DNA of 59,876 nt, the filler included. It is 4 parts of 4 records of this genome, joined end to end, with 100 filler letters (N's around TTAATTAATTAA, not from the genome) between each part and the next. Parts side by side here need not be neighbours in the genome. Positions count along the whole stretch, not along the records: positions 35,942 to 43,429 come from SRR31156797_697; positions 43,530 to 59,876 come from SRR31156797_705; 2 more parts are not named here. One strand, written 5' to 3'. A program made the position numbers and the translations under genes. The notes beneath the pieces were generated by a model. The model worked only from the letters and a program-made list of their open reading frames with translations, was not told the origin of the DNA and made no database searches. Below are positions 39,161 to 48,567 of the stretch, piece after piece. The stretch's first letter is position 1, and each line of letters opens with the position of its first letter.

Positions 39161-40342
39161 TTATAATATAGAGGGTAAAACATACTGGTTGATAATTTTA
39201 AATAGTTTTGTCTTTTTAGCCCAGTTTCCGCCGGTGAAAACAACTACCATTTCGAGTTCGGGAAAAACCATAATTTCCTGACCTCCCCAGCCGCCGGCAC
39301 GAAACATGTTAATGATTTTTCCCTTATGCGAAAATTCACTGGTCCACCAGGTATATGCGTAACCGTTTTCTCCTGAATCTTCACCGGGGATAACAATGCT
39401 ATGGTTATTTCCGAATGGAACTGAACTATTTTCAACCCACTCGGCAGAAATAATTCTTTCACCATTCCAAATGCCTTTATTTAAGTAGGTTATTCCAAGT
39501 TTTATCATATCTCTGGGCGTTATTTTTAACGATCCTGCAGTGTCGAAAATACCACTTGGATACTGTGTCCATTCGGCGGTTTTAATGTTAAGAGGTTCGA
39601 ATAAATATTTCTTTGAAAATTCATCCATATTCATTCCTGAGGCATTTTTAAGAATTTCGCTCAATACAATCATTCCTCCGCCATTGTATGTGAAAAATGT
39701 TCCCGGAACAGCCCGCCAATCTCTTTGTAATATACTGCTTACCTGGTCTTCGGCAAACCAAAGTGCATCAATATCGTTTGTAAATTCGCCGCCATGTGGG
39801 GCACTCCATTCGTCCCAGGCTAAACCAGAAGACATGGTTATTAAATGTTCAATTGTAATGTGTTCTTTGTTGTCTTTTTTTAAGTGTTGATGATTGGGTA
39901 AATAGTCAAATATCGATTGGTTTATGTTTTCAATAAATCCTTTATCGATTGCAATTCCAATACAAGCCGACATAAAACTTTTTGTAACCGACATCATTGA
40001 ATGTTTCATTTTCCGGTTCCAGTAAACTTCTTCTCCATGGTATTTTGGAGCATCCCACTGGTATTTATGTCCCTGAAAATATTCTTCAACAACCAGTTTG
40101 TTGTTTTTGTAGATAAGCATGGAATGAACTTCGCCAAATCTTTTTCTCTTAATGCGGTTAACAGCTTCAATAATTAATGGAGTGTCAATATTCATCTGTT
40201 CCATGGTAGCAACTTCCAAACCGTCTTCCATTTTTTCGGGTTCCTGGTAATTGTATCTAACATATGTGTCGTCGCAACTTACATCGGTTAGCACAAAAAG
40301 TAAGAGCGCAAATGCTGTAATTTTTATGGTTAATCGTTTCAT
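39161..40342 (-). CDS. Serine hydrolase lipoprotein, beta-lactamase class C/NylB-like
   Basis: SVTK (SxxK), ITIEHLITMSSGL, F.YNG, LFEPL, PRDMIKLG, GWGGQ; lipobox-like DVSC. Confidence 0.9.
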   Translation of the reverse strand: MKRLTIKITAFALLLFVLTDVSCDDTYVRYNYQEPEKMEDGLEVATMEQMNIDTPLIIEAVNRIKRKRFGEVHSMLIYKNNKLVVEEYFQGHKYQWDAPKYHGEEVYWNRKMKHSMMSVTKSFMSACIGIAIDKGFIENINQSIFDYLPNHQHLKKDNKEHITIEHLITMSSGLAWDEWSAPHGGEFTNDIDALWFAEDQVSSILQRDWRAVPGTFFTYNGGGMIVLSEILKNASGMNMDEFSKKYLFEPLNIKTAEWTQYPSGIFDTAGSLKITPRDMIKLGITYLNKGIWNGERIISAEWVENSSVPFGNNHSIVIPGEDSGENGYAYTWWTSEFSHKGKIINMFRAGGWGGQEIMVFPELEMVVVFTGGNWAKKTKLFKIINQYVLPSIL

Positions 40343-40373
40343 CTTTTTAGTTTTTTGAGTTATTTAGTTTATT

Positions 40374-42083
40374 CTATTTTAACATATCAGCAATAACCGG
40401 GCGTGCAGTTTTAATTTGGTCGTAATCGAGTTTTAATCCCAGCGGAGCATAAGCTTCCGAGAGGTAATCGTATATACCCTGAACCATTTCAAAAGGAACA
40501 AGAACCGATTCTAACGCAGTTGATCCCGCCCCGTTTCTTATGGTTTTATCTGCCCCGTTTTCAACAAGTGCTTTTACAATTTCGGTGCGGCCAAAAAAAG
40601 CAGCCGTGTGCAACGGTGTAGAACCTTCATTATTTATGTAGTTTAAATCAATTCCTTCATTAATCAGCATTAATGCAACTTCTGTTTGTCCGAACGATGC
40701 AGCAGTATGTAACGGATTTCCACCACCGGCAGGATCTTTTTCGTTTAAGTCAGTTCCCGCATCGATGTATTGTTGAATAACCTCCAGATTTCCCAGAAGG
40801 GCAGCTTCATGAAGGCTCATTTGAGGAGTGGAAATACTTTCGGTTACCGTTGTTTTTTCTTCTACAGGAGCAGATTTTAAAGGGTTTTCCAAGATTATAA
40901 ATGCAAATAGTGAAGCGGTTGCAATCACCAGTGCTGATGTCTTCAAATAATTGTTTTGTTGAAATAGCTTTCTGTAACCAATTACAATTATGTTAGAAAA
41001 AACAAAAGTTAAAACAACAAGGATAAAATACTTTATAACAGCTGGCAAAGAAACAGGAACAAGCATCATGGCAAATACACCAATTACTATCATATGAATA
41101 ATATAAACCTGATACGACGAACTGTTCAGTTCTTTCATTAGTTTTCCGCTACGATTGAAAATGAACCGGAATACATAAATAAGCAGGTATAAAAATCCAA
41201 ACATGGAGAGAAGGGCAGTGGCATAATAAATTACGCGGTCTCCGCTATCTGAAAGAATAAAGTGGTTTCTGGTTGGATCTATCAGGTTATAAAATAAGTT
41301 TAATGCAATAGTTTTGAATACAACCAACGATGGAATTAAAGTAACCAAACTTACAATTAACAGTTTTGTGTTTTTTTGTATCGATTCGAAAATATTCAGT
41401 TTGTTACACAACGAACCAAGCAGGAATACCATAAAATAGATAAATACTCTTTCATTCTGAAATTCATAAAAAGGAGAATGTGTCCATCCTTTTAACCCGG
41501 TTACAGAAATTATCATACTGTAGGCAAGCCCCAGAACAAAAGTTAGTATTATACCCGTTTTAATTGAAATTTTTAACGATAACAATTTGGTTTTCGATAA
41601 CGCCAAATATATAATTTGAAATATAAAAAGGGTAGGAAGGAACCACAGCCAGTTTTGTGTTGGATTGTTTGAATAAAAACTCAAATCTGTTCCGGCACGT
41701 TGAAACAGGTGAAAATAAGAAAACCACTCTTCCTGAGGCATTCCGCGCGATGAAAGAAATATTACTTTATATGCAGGTATTAATGTAAACACTGCAATTA
41801 ACCAGGGAACAAGTATTCGTTTAAATTTCGATTTCAGAAAAATCCAATTGTTTTTGTTTTTTAGTGAATTAGGAACAAAATAACCCGAAATAAAAAACAT
41901 GGTGAACATTACAAACAAATCAATGTACGTACGCACCCAGGCCAGAGGATCGTATTTTGCAGGATCGCTGACAATCCAGAATGAATCGAAACCCGATTCG
42001 TATGTCATTCCTGCGTGAAGAACTATTACTAAGAATATTAGAAAAGTTCTCATGTTGTCTAAAAAATTAATTCTTGTTTTCAT
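40374..42083 (-). CDS. Acyltransferase-3 (OpgC-like) membrane protein fused to C-terminal ankyrin repeats
   Basis: FLDNMR...VIVLH, FFISGYF, LWFL, SYQVYIIH; then LHEAALLGN, NPLHTAASFGQ, TPLHTAAFFGR. Confidence 0.9.
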   Translation of the reverse strand: MKTRINFLDNMRTFLIFLVIVLHAGMTYESGFDSFWIVSDPAKYDPLAWVRTYIDLFVMFTMFFISGYFVPNSLKNKNNWIFLKSKFKRILVPWLIAVFTLIPAYKVIFLSSRGMPQEEWFSYFHLFQRAGTDLSFYSNNPTQNWLWFLPTLFIFQIIYLALSKTKLLSLKISIKTGIILTFVLGLAYSMIISVTGLKGWTHSPFYEFQNERVFIYFMVFLLGSLCNKLNIFESIQKNTKLLIVSLVTLIPSLVVFKTIALNLFYNLIDPTRNHFILSDSGDRVIYYATALLSMFGFLYLLIYVFRFIFNRSGKLMKELNSSSYQVYIIHMIVIGVFAMMLVPVSLPAVIKYFILVVLTFVFSNIIVIGYRKLFQQNNYLKTSALVIATASLFAFIILENPLKSAPVEEKTTVTESISTPQMSLHEAALLGNLEVIQQYIDAGTDLNEKDPAGGGNPLHTAASFGQTEVALMLINEGIDLNYINNEGSTPLHTAAFFGRTEIVKALVENGADKTIRNGAGSTALESVLVPFEMVQGIYDYLSEAYAPLGLKLDYDQIKTARPVIADMLK

Positions 42084-42196
42084 TTTGTATAATTTAAAAT
42101 TCGACTTCAGTTTCGATAATGTAAAGGTCTGGTAAACGCTGATGCACGACGAAACAGTTATGCGGAGATTGATATAAAGTTTAATTAAGGCTTTGT

Positions 42197-42228
42197 AATT
42201 ATGGCGCAGGGGTATAAATTATGACGCA
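42197..42228. promoter_or_regulatory. Direct repeat, candidate AraC operator
   Basis: AATTATGGCGCA (42197) and AATTATGACGCA (42217), 20-bp period, in the divergent intergenic region. Confidence 0.55.
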
Positions 42229-42309
42229 AATAGTGAATAATGAGTGAAATATTCAGTTTTAAAACATTATTTGTATCTTGAAAAAAAAACCGATTTTTTG
42301 ATTTGATTT

Positions 42310-43429
42310 ATGGCGGAAAACCGAAATGCGGAAAATGATTTTCTGCAAAAAATTACCCAAATTATAGAAGAGAATATTTCAAACGAACAGTTTGGAGTTT
42401 CTGAACTTGCCGATAAAATTGGAATGAGTCGTTCCAATCTTTTACGAAAAGTAAAAAAAATAACCGGTTTGTCGGTAAGTCAGTTTATCAGCCAGTTACG
42501 TTTAAAAGCAGGCATGGAAATGTTAAAGGAAAACGCCTACACAGTTTCAGAGGTTACCTATAAAGTAGGTTTTAGCAGCCCTTCGTATTTTATAAAATGT
42601 TTCCGCGATTTTTATGGATATCCGCCAGGTGAAGCCAATCAGCATGTTCAGGAAGAAATTAAAAGTGAACCTGAAAGTACACCTGTAAATAAAAGAAATA
42701 AAATTATTGTTGGTTTAGCTGTTTTGGTATTTATTATTGTTGCTGTTCTTTTTACCGTTATAAAACCCATTGCATTTGTACAACGCGAACTGGAAAAATC
42801 GATTGCTGTGTTACCGTTTAAAAACGATAGCAGCGACTCTACTAATGTTTATTTTATAAACGGATTAATGGAATCGATTTTAAACAACCTTCAAAAAATT
42901 GAAGGATTGAGGGTGGTTAGTCGTACTTCGGTAGAAAAATACAGAAATACCGGGATGACAATTCCCGAAATTGCCAGAGAGCTTGGTGTAAGCTATTTTG
43001 TTGAAGGCAGCGGACAAAAAATTGGCGATGAGGTTTTATTAAATATCCAGCTAATTGAAGGGCTCAGCGACAGACATCTTTGGGCTGAACAATTCGAACG
43101 GGAAACAACAAATATTTTTACTTTACAAAATGAAGTAGCTAAAAATATTGCCGAAAAAATTGAAGTAATTATTACTCCTGAAGAGAATGAACGAATAAGT
43201 AAAGTGCCGACCCGAAATCCGATGGCATATGACAATTTCTTGAAAGGTCTCGATTTGTTAAATAATCCATCAGGTGAATTTGTACAAAAATCAATACCTT
43301 TTTTTCAACAGGCAATTCACGAAGATGAAAGTTATGCACGGGCTTATGCAGCAATTGCAATTGCATATTATATGCTCGATAACGACATTGTGGAAAAGGT
43401 ATTTACCGATTCTATAAATTATTATGCCG
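42310..43429 (+). CDS. Membrane-anchored AraC regulator: N-terminal HTH, one TM, TolB_N-like (SIAVLPF) domain and TPR-like helices; 3' truncated
   Basis: GMSRSNLLRKVK, VGFSSPSYFIKCFRDFYGYPP; TM IIVGLAVLVFIIVAVLF; SIAVLPFKN, VVSRTS, HLWAEQF. Confidence 0.9.
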
Positions 43430-43529
43430 NNNNNNNNNNNNNNNNNNNNNNNNNNNNNNNNNNNNNNNNNNNNTTAATTAATTAANNNNNNNNNNNNNNN
43501 NNNNNNNNNNNNNNNNNNNNNNNNNNNNN
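43430..43529. other. Artificial contig linker
   Basis: 44 N + TTAATTAATTAA + 44 N. Confidence 0.99.
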
Positions 43530-43556
43530 CTGAGCCAGGATCAAACTCTTCATTGT
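43530..43556 (-). rRNA. rrs: 16S rRNA 5' end (fragment)
   Basis: Reverse complement reads ACAATGAAGAGTTTGATCCTGGCTCAG (27F site). Confidence 0.95.
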
Positions 43557-43654
43557 AAATGTAAATTCTTAAAATGTCTTTCGGATTTACTTTCACTAAA
43601 TCAACGAATCGATTCTGTGGATATTCGCTACTTTTGCTGCACTTCAATTTTTTC

Positions 43655-44030
43655 AAAGAACTGTCTTTTCTACTCTTATTTTCGAAAAGGGCTGCAAAGA
43701 TAATACTTATTTTTAACCTGCAAGCTTTTTCGAAAAAAATTTTCAAAAAACTTTTTTCAGTATTCAGATTCTCTTCAAATTTCTTTGTTGAAAACCTTTA
43801 AAGAACTAGTGATGAAATTTTCTGAACGAAAAGGGTTGCAAAGATACAACCGTTTTTGAAACTACCAAACTTTTTTTGAAAAAAAATTTTGACTGATTTC
43901 TGGAAAGAAAATTTCTGAAATCCGCTAATAACGTGGTTTTCAGCTCTCACTAATTTTTCAAAATTTAAATGAACTCCCTTCAAAAGCGGGTGCAAAGATA
44001 CGATCATTTATTTTAAACAAACAAGCTTTT
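43655..44030 (-). promoter_or_regulatory. rRNA operon leader with three tandem promoters and boxA-like elements
   Basis: TATCTTTG at 43695, 43839, 43993; AGTTCTTT at 43655 and 43800, AGTTCATT at 43968. Confidence 0.8.
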
Positions 44031-44382
44031 TTTGAAAAAAATTCAATGTTTCTTATTGTTCTTTGATATTCAGGTTTTTATAGATGATAAAAAATGAATA
44101 TTTGTTTTGATCTGCTGGAATCCGACACTTTTTACCTGGTAATTAGGTGTGAAGTTTAACTGAAATGCCAAGACACACACTTTGACCGAATCACAATTTA
44201 GGTTGAATTAATGACCAGCCATGCTCAAATACCTTTTTAATGGCACAACAAAGCCCTTTAAGCATCCAAAATACGGAATGCATAAAATGATCTAGTTCAT
44301 TGGATAAACACATGTTAATTCCATATTGTCTGAGTCCTTATGCACAGATTAGGGGGAAATGGCATAATAAATTTGCACTAAG

Positions 44383-44558
44383 TATTTCGGTGCGCTGCAC
44401 TTTAATCTTCGCCACCGATTAAATTCTTCATAGGTTACGAGCGTTACTGTATCTGAATATTGAGCCACAGCTCATCTTGCCGGACAAAGCAGGAGTGGCC
44501 GGTAATTTTATAGGAAAAGCAATTAGAATGGATACAAGAGCTGCAGCGCACCGGAATA
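44383..44558. repeat. Inverted pair of REP-like elements
   Basis: TATTTCGGTGCGCTGCA (44383-44399) and TGCAGCGCACCGGAATA (44542-44558), 16/17 complementary. Confidence 0.65.
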
Positions 44559-44839
44559 TTAACAATCTGATTTTATCAGCAAGCCTAATAAGCTGGTCAG
44601 AAATCTGAAATCATAGGTTTTATTACCAGGTAAGATTTCAGGCTATTCGCGAAACCAGATAATTTTATTTCAGGTTAACCACATAATAGTATTGCATACT
44701 TTAAATGAAAAATCCTAAACCTGATTTCATGGGTCGGAAACCTGATTTAGGATTGTCCTATATTATAAGGTGTGAATTCTCAGCATTATCTGATAATAAT
44801 CCTGACTTGTTTTACACCATTATTGACATAAGGATATTA

Positions 44840-46312
44840 CTACTTGCCTGTCCTCTTTATCGGAATACTTTCCAGTATGTCAAGTGTCCACTTCCAGAAT
44901 TTTTCTACTGACTTGATGTGAATCTTTTCATCAGGCGAATGCACACCAATTAACTCTGGGCCATAGGAAATCATATCCATATCCGGATACTTCTCTCCAA
45001 TCAAGCCACATTCAAGTCCTGCATGTACAGCTAAAACCTTTGGCTCCTCGTTGAACAGTTTTTTATAGGATTTTGCCGAAACATCCAGAATTTCAGATTT
45101 TGGATTTGGGCTCCAGCCGGGATATCCGTCAGTATGTTCGGTTTCAGCACCCGCTAACCTGAAGGTTGCAGCTACCATATTTACCACATCATCAAGCGCA
45201 CTTTCTACCGAACTCCGTTGGCTGGTGGTAAACGAAAAGTAGTCGTCCTCTGTCTTCACAGCTGCCAGGTTGGTTGAAGTTTCCACAAAATTCGGGATAT
45301 CTCGTGACATTTCGATGACTCCGTGCGGACAGGCATATAGCAGGTTGATGAGATTTTTCTGCGATTGCTGATCAATCACAAAATAAGGTTGCTCAACTTC
45401 AAAGGTTTTAATTATCAAGTCCGGTTCAGTAGTTTTAAGTTCCTTTTTAATAACCTTATTAAATTTTTCCACCATACGGATAAATTTATCTTTCACAGCC
45501 TGGTTGATGAGCACGGTTGCCTCCGCTTCGCGTGCAATGGCATTTCGCAGGTTGCCCCCGTTAAAATTGTGCAGCCGTATTCCATAAGTCTGAGTAGCCT
45601 GATGCAAAACACGGTTTAATATTTTATTGGCATTACCCAATCCTTTATTAATATCGTCGCCGGAGTGTCCGCCTTTCAATCCTTTCACTGAAATTTTAAA
45701 AGGAATGGCATAATCAGGAACCAACTCCTTGGTAAAAAACAACCTGGCAGTGGTATCGCGACCACCGGCGCATCCGATAAATATTTGTCCGTCATCTTCT
45801 GAGTCGAGATTGAGTAAAATTTCAGATTTAAGAAATCCCGGTTTGAGACCAAATGCCCCTGATAGGCCGGTTTCTTCATCTACAGTAAAAAGACATTCTA
45901 CCTCACCATGTTTGATATCTTTTGAAGACAGGATGGCCAATGATGTGGCAACGCCAATTCCGTCATCGGCACCGAGCGTGGTTCCGTCGGCTGTTAGCCA
46001 CTCGCCATCAACGTAAGTTTGTATGGGATCTTTCTCAAAATCAAACTCCTTATCTGTGTTTTTTTCGCACACCATATCCATATGGCTTTGCAGGCATACC
46101 GTTTTCCGGTTTTCAAAACCTTTGGTGGCCGCACTGGTAATTAGCACATTGCCAACTTCGTCCTGCTTGTAGTCAAGTTTATGCTGTTTTGCAAAATCAA
46201 CCAGATAGGCAGCAACCTTTTGCTCCTTTTTTGAAGGCCTTGGGATTTTGGTGAGTTCATCGAAGTATTTCCAAACTAATTTTGGTTCAAGATCAGTAAT
46301 TTTAGTGCTCAT
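44840..46312 (-). CDS. pepD: Aminoacyl-histidine dipeptidase (peptidase M20C)
   Basis: IPRPSKKE, LQSHMDMV, TTLGADDG, TVDEETG, GGHSG, HAGLECG, HSPDE; TACTTTTG promoter element at 46338-46345. Confidence 0.96.
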   Translation of the reverse strand: MSTKITDLEPKLVWKYFDELTKIPRPSKKEQKVAAYLVDFAKQHKLDYKQDEVGNVLITSAATKGFENRKTVCLQSHMDMVCEKNTDKEFDFEKDPIQTYVDGEWLTADGTTLGADDGIGVATSLAILSSKDIKHGEVECLFTVDEETGLSGAFGLKPGFLKSEILLNLDSEDDGQIFIGCAGGRDTTARLFFTKELVPDYAIPFKISVKGLKGGHSGDDINKGLGNANKILNRVLHQATQTYGIRLHNFNGGNLRNAIAREAEATVLINQAVKDKFIRMVEKFNKVIKKELKTTEPDLIIKTFEVEQPYFVIDQQSQKNLINLLYACPHGVIEMSRDIPNFVETSTNLAAVKTEDDYFSFTTSQRSSVESALDDVVNMVAATFRLAGAETEHTDGYPGWSPNPKSEILDVSAKSYKKLFNEEPKVLAVHAGLECGLIGEKYPDMDMISYGPELIGVHSPDEKIHIKSVEKFWKWTLDILESIPIKRTGK

Positions 46313-46560
46313 GATTTATCATTTGTTAATTAGATCACAAAAGTAAAATTTTTCACTCTTGGTTAAAACCGGAATCAGAATGAAATGCAACACACATGAT
46401 AACATATACTTACGACTGAATATTCCAACACAGGTGGCGACTTTCCTTGTTGACCTTTTTCAGAGACATCCGGGGCGCTGTTAATTTGTAATTTTGCAAC
46501 CGGAAGATACTAATCCATGAACAAATCACCAGGATTTTTTCAAAATGTCCACCACTGATT

Positions 46561-48549
46561 ATGCATTTTACTGAAAAAACGGAAAACAATTATACAAGTT
46601 CGACAAAATTTGACGTTGAATGCCGGGAGATTGAAATGAATTCCGTAGTCACAAAAAAGCATATTATCCTGATTAAATTACACCTTATTCTTATAGGTGT
46701 GATTTTCTTTAATTTTCGATCGATCGGACAAAATGGTGTAAACGGTTCAAATTTCGTTAATGATACTGCAAACTTTCAGGAAATCAAATTCACTACGGAT
46801 TCGGCTGCTCAATATATCGATCATCTGATTGGGCTGGAAAGCCTGTGGAAAGAAAACCATGACACCTTAAAAAACCATCTTAACGAACTTCTCGATCATT
46901 ACAAAACCCCATTTGATACAGTCAGGACAAAATTAAATGCATTCGATTTTGAGCAAATTGGTTTTGATACCACTCTACTAGTTGAACACGACACCCTGCC
47001 ATTAAGATGGTTAAATGACTCCGTGTTTTTTATTGACACCATACTTCTCGACCGTAATCCATTTTATACTCAAAAAACCATCAGGCTCAAATCCATTGCG
47101 CCCGACAGCAATTTAAGGCTCATCATGGACAGCATTCCTGGTATCAGCAGGTGGATCGATTCGATAATTTCTGTTAAAGACACACTGATAAAAAAAATCA
47201 TCGATTATCCATACCTTAACTCCAAAAACATAATTCTGCACACCAGGGCAGGAAATGAAATATCCCCACCCTTTCAGTTGGCAAATTTTAATCAGAACGT
47301 TCAATTATCTGCGGATTCAAAAAACTTAATCATTTCAGAATATTCCCGGGTTTTGCGGGCAAGAGATGATACGCCATTCCGGTACCTACCCGGAGGGAAA
47401 ATGCCGGATTCACTACAGGCCGCCCTCAATACGCTGCTTGATCACACCTGGGACAGGGATTCTGTTCAGTTGTTTTTAAGTAATAAAAACGGCCGCAGGA
47501 CACCATTCTGGCTTTCCAGCACAAAATCGGACTTATACAGGTACTGGCTTAAGAATTCACAGGGTGATTCCATAACCGTGTGGCTGGGCAACCCATCAAA
47601 ATTCAATATTGCGATGCTGCTTGAGGAGCGGGTAAACGTTGAAAGGCTGGGCATAATTACTGCAGATGATATCACATTTACCACCAGCCAGCCGGATTTG
47701 TCCCCGGCTTCGTTGAAACCACTTCAGGAAATCCCGGACTTTTGGGACCTGGGATTTAACGGATCGTTTTCGATAAATCAAAACTACATAACCTACTGGG
47801 CACAAGGTGGTGAAAGCTCTTTTGCAGGATTGATTGACATTTTCGGAGACGCCAAATACACCAACAACGAAACCAACAGCAACTGGGTAAGCAGCGGGCG
47901 AATGCGCTTTGGATCAGTGAGTTCAAAAGATAAGGGTTTGCGTGTCAGCACTGACATTATTGAAATCAATTCGCAGTACAACAAAGTCATCACCCCGAAA
48001 CTGGACTATAGTTCCGTTTTTTATTTTAAAACACAAATTGCCAAAGGTTACAACTACCCAAATGACTCCATTCCGGTTTCAAAGTTTTTAAACCCGGGAA
48101 CGTTTACCATCGGTATTGGTGCCGAATATCAACCTTTTGAAAACACGCTGGTCAACCTCTCTCCTATCTCTTACAAAAACACTTTTGTCCTGGATACCGC
48201 AAACATCGACCAAACTGTTCATGGTGTGGATGCCAATAAAAAATCAAAACAGGAAATTGGTGGTCAGCTCCTTCTCAAAAACAACCTGACACTTTTTGAT
48301 GAAGTGAAGGTAGCAAATACACTCCGGTTATTTTCCAATTATGCTGATAACCCCCAAAATGTGGATGTGGATTGGGAAATGACTATCGAAAGACAGATTT
48401 CATGGATTTTTTCGGTTCGGTTGAATATCCATCTTATTTATGATGATGATATCCGTTTTCCTATTGAGTTACCTGAAGGTGGTGAAAAGAAAGTGCCGCG
48501 TACCCAGTTTAACCAGTTCCTGGGATTGTCCATATCATTAAATCTCTAG
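46561..48549 (+). CDS. DUF3078-family outer-membrane protein with a long N-terminal extension
   Basis: WAQGGESS, FKTQIAKGYNY, SKFLNPG, LFSNY, VDVDWE, LIYDDD; true start may be downstream (MNSVV). Confidence 0.82.
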   Translation: MHFTEKTENNYTSSTKFDVECREIEMNSVVTKKHIILIKLHLILIGVIFFNFRSIGQNGVNGSNFVNDTANFQEIKFTTDSAAQYIDHLIGLESLWKENHDTLKNHLNELLDHYKTPFDTVRTKLNAFDFEQIGFDTTLLVEHDTLPLRWLNDSVFFIDTILLDRNPFYTQKTIRLKSIAPDSNLRLIMDSIPGISRWIDSIISVKDTLIKKIIDYPYLNSKNIILHTRAGNEISPPFQLANFNQNVQLSADSKNLIISEYSRVLRARDDTPFRYLPGGKMPDSLQAALNTLLDHTWDRDSVQLFLSNKNGRRTPFWLSSTKSDLYRYWLKNSQGDSITVWLGNPSKFNIAMLLEERVNVERLGIITADDITFTTSQPDLSPASLKPLQEIPDFWDLGFNGSFSINQNYITYWAQGGESSFAGLIDIFGDAKYTNNETNSNWVSSGRMRFGSVSSKDKGLRVSTDIIEINSQYNKVITPKLDYSSVFYFKTQIAKGYNYPNDSIPVSKFLNPGTFTIGIGAEYQPFENTLVNLSPISYKNTFVLDTANIDQTVHGVDANKKSKQEIGGQLLLKNNLTLFDEVKVANTLRLFSNYADNPQNVDVDWEMTIERQISWIFSVRLNIHLIYDDDIRFPIELPEGGEKKVPRTQFNQFLGLSISLNL

Positions 48550-48567
48550 CTTCTGACAGAAATTCTC

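Noticed and set aside
39161-40342. True AmpC beta-lactamase resistance gene
   Set aside because: Has SxxK but YNG instead of YxN and no KTG; fits the broader esterase/amidase family, so resistance cannot be claimed
43474-44007. ORFs 43474-43746, 43574-43801 and 43798-44007
   Set aside because: They overlap the 16S 5' end, the rRNA leader and the linker; no protein motifs
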